From the NCBI RefSeq assembly GCF_016433145.1, contig NC_058135.1, positions 124,710,817 to 124,774,816 of the forward strand: a stretch of DNA of 64,000 nucleotides, read 5' to 3'. The first letter of the stretch is position 1. Each line of letters begins with the position of its first letter. Positions 24,535 to 37,058 of the stretch are shown piece after piece. The translations under genes were made by a program, and so were the position numbers. The notes under the pieces were generated by a model. The model was not told where the DNA came from. It made no database searches and saw nothing but the letters and a program-made list of their open reading frames with translations. The stretch comes from Gracilinanus agilis. Its lineage: Eukaryota.

Positions 24535-25255
24535 TGATGGTCCAATCATTCTGGAGAACAATTTGGAACTATGCCCAAAAAGCTATAAAACCATGTATAT
24601 ACCTTTTGCCTCAGCAATACTAACTAGGCCTGTGACCCCTAAAAGGGAAAGTGATTTCTTGGTACAAAAACATTTATGTAGCTCTTTTGAGGTTTGGCAA
24701 AAAATTATAAATCAAGGCGATGTCTATCCATTGAGGAATGGCTGAATGGTTGTGGTATGTGATTATGAGAGAATACTATTGTGCTATAAGAAATGTCAAG
24801 AAAGAGGATGTCAGAAAAACTTGGGAAAGCTTATATGAACTCATGAAAAATAAAGTGAACAGAATCAGGAGGACGCTGTACACAGCAGCTACAATATTGT
24901 ACAATGATCAACCATGAAAGACTTGGCTACTCTGATCGAGACGATAATCCCAGATAATTCCAAAGGACCCATGATGAAAAATGCTCTCCACCTCCACGAA
25001 AGAACTGATGAACTCTGAGGGAAGAGTGAAGAACAATTTTTTAAACTTTATTTTTTCTTGTTCTATTTGTTGTCTGTGTTTTCTTTTGCAACATGGCTAA
25101 TATAGAAATGTTTTGTATGACTTCACATGTAAATTGTTTGTCTTCTTAAGGAGGGGAAGATGTAGAAGGGGGGTAATTTGAACTCAAAAAATTTTTTCAG
25201 ATGATTTTTTAAAGTTGTCTCACATGTAACAGGGAAATAAAAAATGTTTTTAAAA
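24535..25255 (+). mobile_element. Old L1 3' part (end of ORF2 plus 3'UTR)
   Basis: caatcattctggagaacaatttggaactatgccc...gaatggctgaa..tgtggtat...ggctaatatagaaatg, A-rich end. Confidence 0.85.
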
Positions 25256-26832
25256 AGGAGGATGTTGGTCTTGAAAGCCTGTAAAGTCCTTTCTAACTCT
25301 AAGTTCTATGAGTTAAGATCCTTTGGTCCTAAGTGACAAACATCTTAACTATTACATTTTATTTCCTCCTCATCAATCGTCACCATCCTAACAACAATGG
25401 TGGCTAACAGTTATGTTGGGATCTTTAGGTTTGCAAAATTCTTTATAAAAATTATCTAATTTGATCCTTACCGACCCAATATGGTAAGTGCTATTATCCT
25501 AACTGTTGCTGTTTATATTTCATTTCAAAGAGGGCCAATGACATTACAGAATGACATCTTGACTTTTGCTTGAATTAAATTTAAGGGAGATTTTCCTGAA
25601 TCATGGAAGTCCAGTGATAAGACAAAAGTCAGGATAACTAGAGATGACGCAGGAGGCAGTGGATGACCTTGGAATTTTTTAATCCAATGTGTCCAGATAA
25701 GGAAACTGAGGCTAGCAGATTAAGCAATTTGCCCAAGATCACACAGCTATTAAAAGTTTAAGATAAGATTCGAATTCGGATCTTAAGAGGTAACATCATA
25801 GAGGGGGTAAAGGGCCCTGGACTTGGTATTAGGAACTTGCATTTAAATCCAGGTTCAGCTATGTACTAGCTGTGTGATTTGGGGCAAGTCATTTAATCTC
25901 CATAGGCCATCATTTCCTTATCTATAAAATGATGGTGGGACCCAATGACCTCTAAGATCTCTTCCAACTCTAAGTCTTAAAGGTTACTTTAAGTTACTAA
26001 AACCTTTGACCTCATGGCCCAGCACTGACTAACCAAAGGAAAACGCAAGTACAACTCCATCAATACCATTTGCTCTAGTCATGAGTCTGCTCAAGCTAAA
26101 AGCTCCTTCTGACCTTCTTGCCTTTGTCCTTAGCACTTGTGGGTCTAGTATGCATCGGGTGCTTAATAAATCCTTGTGGAATGGAACAGAATGTAAAAAG
26201 ATCATATTTCTACAACCTGATCTTGGGAAGTCTCTTTATGCACCTTCTTCTATGCTCCCAGCCATTCATGGCACAGGGAAGGACATTTCCCTTATGGAGA
26301 GAGGAGAGAGTATGAGTGAGATGCATCCTAATGGAAGAATCTGGAAAACTTGGGGAGAAAGATGGATAAGTGGGTTGGGCGTAAAAGAAGTCAAGAATGA
26401 AGGCCGGGTGACAAGCCGGGGGGGACTGAGAGGAGCGGGGGAGGGGGGACAGGAAAATTCTGTTTGGGCTAGGCTGAGACACCCAGGGGACATCCAGGTC
26501 AAATTGTTGACGACGTGAGCATGGGCTCAGGAGAAAGGTTAGGGCAGATACACTGATCTGGGAGTCTCTACATGGAGATGGCCACTTAGATACCTGGTCC
26601 TTGATCCTAACCTCTAATCCCAAATTTTACATTTTGAATACTAGTTATTAGGGCCAGAGGTAGTGAAGCACAGTGGACAGAGGGCTAGCCTTGGAGGAAA
26701 GAAGACCTGAGGACATCAAACCCTAGGCAAGCTGGGTTCCCAGCATATCTGCACTGGGGGGAGAAATGCCTACAATGAGACTTTCTTACACAGCTGAAAT
26801 CAGAGGCTCACAACAAATTCTATGGCCTATGG

Positions 26833-27026
26833 TAGTGATTCTGAAAGTGGGCGCTACCGCCCCCTGGTGGGTGCTGCAGCGATCCAGGGAGGCGGTGATG
26901 GCCACAGGCACATTTATCTTTCCTATTAATTGCTATTAAAATTAAAAAAAATTAATTTCCAGGGGGCGCTAAATAACATTTTTTCTGGAAAGGGGGCGGT
27001 AGGCCAAAAAAGTTTGGGAACCACTG
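26833..27026 (+). mobile_element. hAT/Charlie-type MITE (194 bp)
   Basis: Ends tagtgattctgaaag and gtttgggaaccactg (CAGTGGTTCCCAAAC-type TIR); flanks gcctatgg and gcttatag match 6/8, consistent with an 8-bp hAT TSD. Confidence 0.8.
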
Positions 27027-27582
27027 GCTTATAGGAAGCCTGGGGAGGCACCCATGAATTCATTGACAGGATAGCACAGCTGAGGCAGGTCCTTTCAAAG
27101 AATAAATATGGGACCAATGAGGAAGCCTACATCTGAAGTCCAAGGAGCATTCAAACTATAATTAAAGTCAAATTACAGAATCATAGACTTAGAGCCCAAC
27201 AAAACCTTCTTAAAGGTCCTTTAGTCCAAGTCCCTCATTTTATGGATGATAAAATTGAGGCACAGAAGGGATGAGTAACTGACTCAAGGATCCTAAAATT
27301 GTAGATAGAATCTGAAGGGACTCTAAAGGTCACTAACTGAATTTTGTTTCTACATGTTACAGTTGAGGCAGCTGAGGCAGAGAGAAGGTGAGGAATGACT
27401 TGTCTGAGATCACAAAGATAGTAAGTGGCAGTGCCAAGATTTGAACCAGCTCTCCCAGCTTCCAAAGGCAGTATATTTTCTATATACTGCCACAATAACT
27501 GATGGAGACTACTAAACCAGAAAGGACTCTTTTGCTCTCTTGAAATGACTGAATATATTTTTTATTTATTTGATCTTTTGTG

Positions 27583-27815
27583 CAGGGCAGCCAAGTCGTG
27601 CAGCAGATAGAGCACTAAGAAAGATCTGAGTTTAAATCCTGCTTCAGACATTTATCAAATGTGTAATCCTGGATAAGTCACTCATTAACCCTGTTTGCCT
27701 CAGTTTCTCATCTGTAAAATGAGTTGGAGAAAGAAATGGTAAACCACTCCAGTATCTTTGCCAAGAAAACCCCAAATGAGGTCACAAAGAGTCAGACACG
27801 ACTGAAAAACAGAAA
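27583..27815 (+). mobile_element. MAR1-like SINE
   Basis: CORE plus aaaccactccagtatctttgccaagaaaacccc...gacacgactgaaaaac tail. Confidence 0.8.
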
Positions 27816-29119
27816 TAATAAAATCTTTTATGTGTTGGTTCTCTCCTCACTAAGGTTGAGTGATGGGCTCATGCTTTAGCACAAAGAAAAGTACCTGACA
27901 GGAAAAAATGTTAGCTGGACTGATATGATTCAGCAACCAACCAATGTCCATCATATATCCTCTTAGAGACTTGCACCCAGGGCCCTTCAAAGATTAAGTG
28001 ATTACACAATTATCAGAGCACATATTAGTTAGTCTAATTAGAGGACTCATTACAGGCTGGATCAGAGCTTTATCATCTATGGGGAACCTAAAGATGACCT
28101 AGTCCAATGTCATTTTCAGATGAAGAAACTGAGCCACAGAGAACTTTAGTTTCTTCCCAAAAGTCATAAAAGTAGAAAGAAGACAAAAAACTTGACCCTA
28201 AATATTCCTGATTTCAAGGTTGGCACTCTAACCATTATACGACACTGCCTCTTTTGCAGACTTAACTGACATTTACTACACAGGACCAGGTGAAAGAAAA
28301 AAGGTATTTATGGGTTTTTTATCATCTCACTCTCTGAATATCTTATTTATCATTTCCCCATCAGCCATACACTCATGGCCAATAAAAGAGATTTCATCCA
28401 AAGCAAAGACTCTCATTAATTTAAAAGTGAACTGCATCACCAGCCACTAAATCCTGAGATGGCCAGAGCTAGTGATTCCTTAGTGTCGGCTTACTAAAAG
28501 AAAAAGGATATTAAATTAGCAGAAAGAGGAAGGGAAGATCTGAGCTGAAATTTCAGGTCAAACAGTTGCCCTGATGCCTCCCAGCAATTATCTAAGGAGC
28601 TTCTCAGAGAAGAGGAGGAGTTGTTCTAACACACCTCCTATCTGTTTTTTCAAGTCATAAAGAGTCCAGGGATTAAATAACAGCCATCCATCTGCCTGGA
28701 GGGAGGACAGATAAGGCATGAAAATAAAACAGGAGAAGTTATATTTATAAGGTCCTTTCAAAGTAAGGTTCTAGGGAGTTTTCCTCTATTCTCTGATTAA
28801 TCCTCACATCGCTGAGAGGCAACTCTTAAAGAATAAAAAAAAGCTCTGGGGTGAAATTACACCCTTGACACTTTGTCCCTCTAGCCAAAGAACCATGAGT
28901 AAGTCATTGCATCTTATTTATCCTCAGTTTCTTGATCTGTAAAATGGAAAGAATTAATAGTGGCATAGTTACCTTAAAGGGCCAGTTGTGAGGGTCCAAT
29001 TTATTCAAGTTCTTAACATATGCACTTACTCTGTGCCAGACACTGCAGATACGATTAAAACAAAACACTCTTTGCCCCTGAGAAGCGTAACAAAGATAAA
29101 AGGGGAGGCAGAATCAAAC

Positions 29120-31100
29120 TGGTGGGGTAGAAACACATAAAGCTCGAACCTCTCTGGGAATCCTCTCCAACCAACCTTAAAATAAACCCTCAAAATGATA
29201 ACTGAAGGTGCAGAGCAAACAAAGGCATGGAGTGAAGCAATCTTCCTGGAGAAAACAACTTGGAAGGTGGGCAGAGAGGGTCTGGTTCATTGGGGTGAGA
29301 AGGGAGCACAGACTGAAAAAGGCCATGAAGCCCACAGCAAGACCACACCAAGCCAGCAGCAAGCTCCCCCTCCCCTACTGCTTTGGGTTCTAAACTTGGA
29401 CCCAAGTCAATTCTGAGACTCTGAGACCTTGCCTAAGCTAAGAGTCAAGCATTCCATCCTTCAACTCCTTGAAGTTCTAAGCCCTAGCAGAAACCTACAG
29501 GTAAGCCCCAAATCCTAGTACAAGGCAGGCCTCAATGTGCTTAGCCATTGTAAGCCCAGAGTGAGGCTCTCAGGCCCAGCACAAGTTAGCTCACAGGGCT
29601 CTGAAACTTGCAGGCCATCAGCAGACCTTGGTGAAGACTGAATCACCAGTGGATGGTGGCTTTCAGAGCTCCCGGCCCCACAAGCCATCAAACCACCTTA
29701 GAAGAATTGAAACTTGCAGAAACCTAGAACACAAGCTATGGGTGGCATCAAGGAAGAACTAAAGTTTAAGAGAGCACCCTCTCTACCCTGAGAACAGAGT
29801 CCACCTTTAAGTTAAAGTAAAAGTTAAGAAAAAGTCTGGAAAAATAGGTAAACATAAATAAAAAACACCATACCATACAAAATTATCATGAAGACAAAAA
29901 AAGAGCAAAATAAGCTTCAGAAGGTAACACTGAGATCAAAGCAGCTACACACAAAACTTCAAAGGAAAAAAAAGGAATTAGTTTCAGCCTTGGTAAGAGC
30001 TCAAAAAGAACTTCAAAAATCAAATAAGAGAGCCAATGAAAAATGGAGAAGAGAAATTAAAGCAATGAAAGAAGAAAATTAATATCTTAAAAAAGCAAAC
30101 CTGGCCAAATGGAAAAAGAGGTACAAAAATCCAATGAGGAAAACAGTTTCTTAAAAGGCAGAATTGGTCAAATGGAAAATGAGGTTCAAAAGCTCATGGA
30201 AAAAAATAATGTATTAAAAATTAGAATTGGATAAGTAGAAGTTACTTCATGAGACATCAAGAAACAATAAAACAAAATCAAAAGAATGAAAAAATAGATG
30301 AAAATATGAAATCCCTCATTGGACAAATGACTGAACTAGAAAATAGATCCAGGAGAGACAGCTTAAGAATTATTAGATTGCCTGAAAGCCAAAATCAAAA
30401 GAAAAAAGTCTAAACCTCATATTCCAAGAAATTATCAAAGAAAACTGCCTTGATATTCTCAAACAAGAGGGTAGAAAAGAAATTAAAATAGTCTACCAAT
30501 CACCTCTTGAAATTCCAAATGATCATCCCCTGAAATATTATAGCCAAATTGAAGAGCTCCAAGGCCAAGAAGAAAATACTACAAGCAACCAGAAAAAAAA
30601 AACACAATTTAAATAGCATGCAACCCCACAGTCAGGATTACATAAGACTTAGCAGCTTCCATATTAAAGACTGGAAGGCTTGGAACATGATATTCCAGAA
30701 GGCAAAGGAACTAGGTTTACAACCAAGAATCACCTACCAAGCAAAACTTAGTATACTCTTTCAGGGAAAAAATGGTCATTTAATAAAATAGAAGAATTCT
30801 AAGCACTCCTGACAAAAAGACCAGACATAAATAGAAAACATGATGTCCAAATACAATACTCAAGAGAAACACAAAAAAGTAAACAAGAAAAAGAACATTT
30901 AAGGGACTCGATCATTTTAACTGTTTATATTTCTATATATTCCTAAGTTGTAATTCAACATTTTTATCATTAAAAGTTAGAAGGAATATGTGAAGACAGA
31001 GGGTACAGGAGTAAGTTGATTAGGATGATATGATATACAAAAAAAATCAGGGAGTGGAAAAAAAAGGATTGTACTGTGAGGAAAGGGGAAAAAGAGACAG
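29120..31100 (+). mobile_element. Degraded L1 5'UTR, ORF1 and start of the inter-ORF spacer
   Basis: Frameshifted ORF1 pieces: coiled-coil repeats (ggccaaatggaaaaagagg / attggtcaaatggaaaatgagg) and C-terminal WNMIFQKAKELGLQPRITYQAKLSILFQGK. Confidence 0.85.
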
Positions 31101-31199
31101 AAGAAAAATAATACCTACATTACAAGGCTGTTTTGAAGATCCACTGAAATTATGTGTATAAAGTACTTTGCAAATCTTAAACTTTAAATGTTCAATTCT

Positions 31200-31790
31200 T
31201 ACTCTCACCCTTGAGAAGTTCATATCCAATTTTATTGACTGAGGGATCGGCCCATTCTCCCATGTTCAAATCTCCATTAAATTCCACATATTCTACACCT
31301 TTTCAATCAAATTCCTTCCACTGCATGATTTTTAACATCCAGTTAACTGTCCCCTGGCTTTACCACATCCCTTGAAATCTGATCTTCTATGGTTTGTATT
31401 TCCTTTCATTCTCCCAGCCTCACAAGTCCAAGAACAAGCATAGATATAATCATTGTTCCCCATGACCTACCATGATCCACCATGACCCCTCATTGGAGAC
31501 CCATTAAATTCACTCAGACTAGACTCACTCCAACCTTCTTACTATCATCTATCCATCTCTGAGGTATCTCCCAACTTTTACAGTGAACCTTGGGCACCTG
31601 GCTTACATTATTCCTTATTCCCCTATTCCCTATGTTATTCTGAGGGACTTCAATATTCATGTTCACAATCACTTTAGCAAACTGGCTCTTCATTTTGCAC
31701 CTCTGTCTTCTCCATTGACCTCTTTTCTCCATGTTTCCACCCTTCGTCTTGAATCAGGCAATTATCTTACTTTAATGTTCCTATTATAGC
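31200..31790 (+). mobile_element. L2 endonuclease-domain fragment
   Basis: Translation PYVILRDFNIHVHN.FSKLALHF resembles the L2 endonuclease motif ILGDFNIHV. Confidence 0.7.
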
Positions 31791-33184
31791 TGAATATTCA
31801 GATGAGACTATTAATTAATCCCTCTCTACCCAAGAATTCCCTGGGCCTGGAATGCACTCTCTCCTCATTTTCATTTTTTGAACTCCTATCTCTAAAATCC
31901 ATTTCAAATGTCCAACCTTCTGCAAGTCTTCCCTAAGGACTTAGTGAATAGCTTCCCTTATGACCTGAACCTAGCATTTTGTTTTAGAGCTCTGTAGTAC
32001 ATATATCATGTAACACTGAGTGTTTTAACTCCCAGGAAGCAAAGTCGCATCCTCCTACTAATGCTCTAAAGCACAAGTCAGGGCTTCTTGACTCATCTCC
32101 ACAGCTCCAATCCCAAGCACTCTAGACTCTGCACACAGCAGGCAGTTATGCAGACAGTTAATTAGTATTCATAAATTTTTCAGGCACTTGAGAAAGGCAA
32201 AAGACTGCCCCTGTCTTCAGGGAGCTCGCAGTCTAATGGGAGACAACACGAAAACAACCTCGTATAAACAAGAAAAATTGAAGGTAATTAACAAAGGAAA
32301 GACCCTTGCAATAAGGGGGATCAGGAAATGTTTATTCTTAGACAAGATGGGATTTTAGCTGTGACATGAAGGAATCCAAGGAAGCCTAGAGGCAGAGATG
32401 AGGATAGGGAGAGAATTCCAAGCATGGAAGACTATGAAAATGCCCGGGGAAGTGGAAAGGCTTGAGCAAGGAAAAGTCAAAAAGGCAGAGTTGCTAGATC
32501 ACAGATCACATGGAAAGGAAAGAAAATGTAAAAAAAAAAACTAGAGGGCTAAAAGGGAGAAGATTATGAAGGTCTTTGAATATAAGACTTTTAATCAATA
32601 TTCATGTAATATAGTTGTGGCTTTCCTGGTACCCCACTATAACAAATGACTGAATGACCAGAGTTTGCCCTAGCAAAACCCACTGATTTTATTTAAACTT
32701 GAGCTGAGGATCAATTAAAAAACAACCCAAGTGCTACAAGCTTCCTAAAAGCCATGCTCCAATATCAGCTGACTGAAAAAGAAGTAGGTCCTTTTAAAGA
32801 AAGACTCCAAAACCACATTTACCAAGAAGGAAATAAATTAAGGGGACTACTAATATATCCATTTGTTGTTTGTCATCTTTCAAATTTAAGAGTAGATTGA
32901 AGGAATCCTCTCTCCTAAAGACTGAAATGAAGGCAATCCATTCTCAGGAGGGGAAAGAAACCTGACATAATCATCTTCCTCTGAGAAGAAATGTTATTGT
33001 CTAGCACCGTCAATCTGGGGTAGAAAAGAAAAAACAAGACTGCTGCACGAGAAATAATCTAAGGATTTGGTGCAGAGATTCAGAGACAAACTCTGGGAAA
33101 AGATTTTATTGTACATTCATCAGGCTGTTCCTAAGGTAACACGGCTAAAAGGGAGCTGCTTGTCTCCAGAGAAGGTTGGGGTGG

Positions 33185-33742
33185 GGGGAGAAAAAGAAGG
33201 AGGGAAGGAGGGAAGGAAGGAAGGAAGGAAGGAAGGAAGGAAGGAAGGAAGGAAGGAAGGAAGGNNNNNNNNNNNNNNNNNNNNNNNNNNNNNNNNNNNN
33301 NNNNNNNNNNNNNNNNNNNNNNNNNNNNNNNNNNNNNNNNNNNNNNNNNNNNNNNNNNNNNNNNNNNNNNNNNNNNNNNNNNNNNNNNNNNNNNNNNNNN
33401 NNNNNNNNNNNNNNNNNNNNNNNNNNNNNNNNNNNNNNNNNNNNNNNNNNNNNNNNNNNNNNNNNNNNNNNNNNNNNNNNNNNNNNNNNNNNNNNNNNNN
33501 NNNNNNNNNNNNNNNNNNNNNNNNNNNNNNNNNNNNNNNNNNNNNNNNNNNNNNNNNNNNNNNNNNNNNNNNNNNNNNNNNNNNNNNNNNNNNNNNNNNN
33601 NNNNNNNNNNNNNNNNNNNNNNNNNNNNNNNNNGAAGGAAGGAAAGAAGGACAGAAGAAGACAAAGGCAGAGAAAGAGATAGAGGAGGGGAGTAGTGGGT
33701 AGAGAGACAGAGAGGGAGAGGGGGAGAGACAGAGATGGAAAG
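33185..33742. repeat. (GGAA)n / GA-rich tract spanning a gap
   Basis: ggaaggaagg... on both sides of 369 N. Confidence 0.95.
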
Positions 33743-34699
33743 NNNNNNNNNNNNNNNNNNNNNNNNNNNNNNNNNNNNNNNNNNNNNNNNNNNNNNNNNN
33801 NNNNNNNNNNNNNNNNNNNNNNNNNNNNNNNNNNNNNNNNNNNNNNNNNNNNNNNNNNNNNNNNNNNNNNNNNNNNNNNNNNNNATGGACACACTTTTCC
33901 TAAGAGGTGAAGGAGATAAAGCACCTATAAGAAAAAAAGGCAGCAACTCATATCAGAAAAGAAATTATGGAAAGAGTAATGTACATGTAGGTGCCAATCA
34001 ACCATTCATGGTTCCTACTTCTGATTCCAGTGGTGGTCCAGTACCTCCAATACCAACCATCAGAGAAAAGGATGAGCTCCAGATTTGTAATTTCATTGGT
34101 AAAGGAAACTCTTTTAAGAATGCAGGCTCAGCATCTTCCTGACAGCTTAGAGTCCTAGAGGGCTGCCTGTGCCAGACCACTGAAATATTAAACTGTCTTG
34201 TCCATGATCACACCATCAGTAGGTGTGAGAGATGGGACTAGAACCCAAGTCTTCTTGAATTTAAGGCCGGCTTTCTATCCACTGTGTCACACTTACCTCA
34301 TGAACATGAAAAACACTTTCTGGCCCTTTCAGACCGAGAGGAAATGAGGCAGGCTAAGGGGCAGGTATTGGGCTATTCACTCGAATCTTGCTGTATTTGT
34401 GGCTGGGGTTGGGGTAGGAGGAAGAAGAGATTGCAAGAAGGAATCGAGAGAAAAACTAAGATCAACCCCATCGTTCCCACGCCCCCACTTCTTGTAGCTC
34501 ACTTCTATTTGAAATTGCTTTGCCTTATCCATGTCGCATGTCCCCAGAAGTTTGTAAGCTTCTTGATGTCAGGGGCTGTTTCTCTTTTGTCATTGTGCCA
34601 CAGTGCCTGGTACCCAGTCAGCAATTACTAAAAACTGTGAATGGCTGAAATTCCCTGTCATATATGAAGAGAGACCCCCATATATATTAAGACTGATCC

Positions 34700-34837
34700 T
34701 TAATGACACATGCAAAACCCAGTGGAATTTCGTGTTGGCTATAGGAGGGGGTGGGAGGAGAGGAGAGAAAGAACATGATTCATGGAACCACGGAAAAATT
34801 TTCCTAATCAATTAAATAAAATCTTAAAAACTTAAAA
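34700..34837 (+). mobile_element. Short L1 3' end
   Basis: aatgacacatg..aaaacccagtggaatt...catgattcatgg; TSD aagac(t/a)gatcc at 34689-34699 and 34838-34848. Confidence 0.8.
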
Positions 34838-35306
34838 AAGACAGATCCAATTCCAAAACCAGCTACCTATTGAAACACTGTGAGAAGATATCAGCATCAA
34901 ATCAAAAGTCTGGAATGGACATTTTTTACATCCTCCCTCATAGTCTCTGAGCAGAAGCTCACATTTGAGTATAATGATCTTTGGAGGCAGTCTGAGAAAT
35001 GTGCAGCAGACCTCTAGAGCGGCTGTCCTCAACAAAAGTGTGTGAAAGTGGCACTAAGACAGAAAAGGGGGAGATCTGTATATTATGGAATATTTCTTCT
35101 CACATGCATGCTATTGGCGTATTCCTCAAGAGTGGGGGAAGACAGGTTCCACAAGCCCCCCAAAATACTGCTTTGGTGAGAGATTAAAAGACTGAGGTGG
35201 GCAGCGGGGTGGCACTGTGGACAGAGCACCAGGCCTGGAATCAGGAAGACTCATTATCTGAGTCTGAATCCAGCCTCCAGGGTCTTTGCCAAAAGAACCT
35301 CAAAGG

Positions 35307-35503
35307 GGGGCAGCTGGATAGCTCAGTGGAGTGAGAGTCAGGCCTAGAGACAGGAGGTCCTAGGTTCAAACCCGGCCTCAGCCACTTCCCAGCTGTGTGA
35401 CCCTGGGCAAGTCACTTGACCCCCATTGCCTACCCTTACCACTCTTCCACCTATGAGACAATACACCGAAGTACAAGGGTTTAAAAAAAAAACATAAAAT
35501 AAA
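35307..35503 (+). mobile_element. SINE1_Mdo-like SINE nested in an internally deleted MAR1-like element (about 35199-35560)
   Basis: Perfect 16-bp TSD aaaagaacctcaaagg at 35291-35306 and 35504-35519; MAR1 tail sequence continues on both sides. Confidence 0.92.
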
Positions 35504-35647
35504 AAAAGAACCTCAAAGGAAGTCTTGAAGAGTCAAATATGGCTGAAATGACTAAATAGAAAAAAAAGCTAAAAAAGGACTCTGTTTTCATGTATGCATG
35601 CATGTGTGTGTGTATGTGTGTATACACATATATACATAAATTTTTAC

Positions 35648-35890
35648 AGGGCAGCTAGTGGCACAGTGGATAGGGGACTGGGTCTGGAGTAAGGAAGACC
35701 TGAGTTAAAATCAGTCTAAAATCCAGTAAGTAATTCACTCACTACTTGTGTGTACTTGGGTAAGTCACTTAATCCTGTTTGCCTCAATTTCTTCTTCTGT
35801 AGAATGAACTGGAGAAGAAAATGGCCAACTACTCTGTTATCTGTAAAACAAACCCTCAAATGAGGTCACAAAGAGGCAGACACAACTGAC
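35648..35890 (+). mobile_element. MAR1-like SINE
   Basis: gggcagctagtggcacagtgg head, CORE, aaccctcaaatgaggtcacaaagagg tail. Confidence 0.8.
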
Positions 35891-36650
35891 AGCAATTACC
35901 AAAAGACCAATAGAAGTCGTGCCAAAGGGGAAAAACAACTGAGGCGCACGACCCAAGGGATGTAAGTACTAAGTAAGGGTCACTGAGAAGCCCAAAATAG
36001 GCTGTAGAATAAATACAATTTAGGCAATGCTGGGTGTGAAGGAAGATTCCAAAGGGCCTTTTAAACTAGGATCTCACACTTTCCAGGCATCAGAAAAGCC
36101 AGGCAAGGAAGACAGCAGGTGCTCAGAAGATATCTGTTGACTGATCAGTCACCTATAAAGGGCTATAAAGTTGTGATGCAAAGTCTCTGGGGCTGCTCAT
36201 CCACATCTCCTGAACCCAAGAGAAAGTGGGCTGGGAAGCTTTCCAGGAAAACTGTTCCCAGAGCACAGAGGACAGAGGCTGAGCTGAATTGGACCTGAGA
36301 AATGTAATCCAATATTCTTGATTTTAGAGGGAGAAACAAAGGCTTGGCTATAGGGCTGGTGACTTGTCCAAGGTTAGAAAAACAATAAGTAGTTCTTCTG
36401 AGAATAGTCTCCCTTCTACCTGACAACAAGCTTGTCTAAGACTTCCAGATGCTCTGCTTAGAGTATGGCTACCTCCACCAATTAAATGCTTGTGCTCTCC
36501 AACTATAAAGAAAGTAGAGATGACATCGTTTCAAGCCATTTGATACCACATCACATTTTCCACTTAACAAATGTCTTTTTTATTTTTGAAGTTTTGTGAA
36601 TGTCTTTTAATTTTTAAATCACATTAATTTCTTTTTTAAAAAACCTTTAT

Positions 36651-36864
36651 GGGGCAGCTGGGTAGCTCAGTGGATTGAGAGCCAGGCCTAAAGATGGGAG
36701 ATCCTAGGTTCAAACCCGGCCTCAGACACTTCCCAGCTGTGTGACCCTGGGCAAGTCACTTGACCCCCATGGCCCACCCTTGCCACTCTTCCACCTAGGA
36801 TCCAATACACAGAAGTTAAGGGTTTAAAAAAATAAAAATAAGAAATAAAATAAGAAATAAAATA
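36651..36864 (+). mobile_element. SINE1_Mdo-like SINE inserted into the tail of an older antisense SINE
   Basis: 12-bp TSD aaaaaaccttta at 36638-36649 and 36865-36876. Confidence 0.92.
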
Positions 36865-36876
36865 AAAAAACCTTTA

Positions 36877-37058
36877 CCTTCTGTTTTAGAACTGAGACTG
36901 AGTATTAGTTCCCAGGCAGAAGAGCAATAAAGGCTAGGCAATGGGGATAAAGTGAGTTTACCAGGTTAACATAGAGGGGAAGTATCTGAGGTCACATTTG
37001 AACCCAGGACCGTCCAACTCCAAGCCTGGTTCTCCATCCGCTGACCCACTTAGCTGTC
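36877..37058 (-). mobile_element. Older SINE1-related SINE
   Basis: Reverse complement reads gacagctaagtgggtcagcggatgg...ggttcaaatgtgacctcag...ctcttctgcctgggaac. Confidence 0.8.

Noticed and set aside
33885-34142. ORF MDTLFLRG...GGPVPPIPTIREKDELQICNFIG
   Set aside because: Starts at a gap edge and its 3' part runs into SINE-like sequence; no homology recognised.
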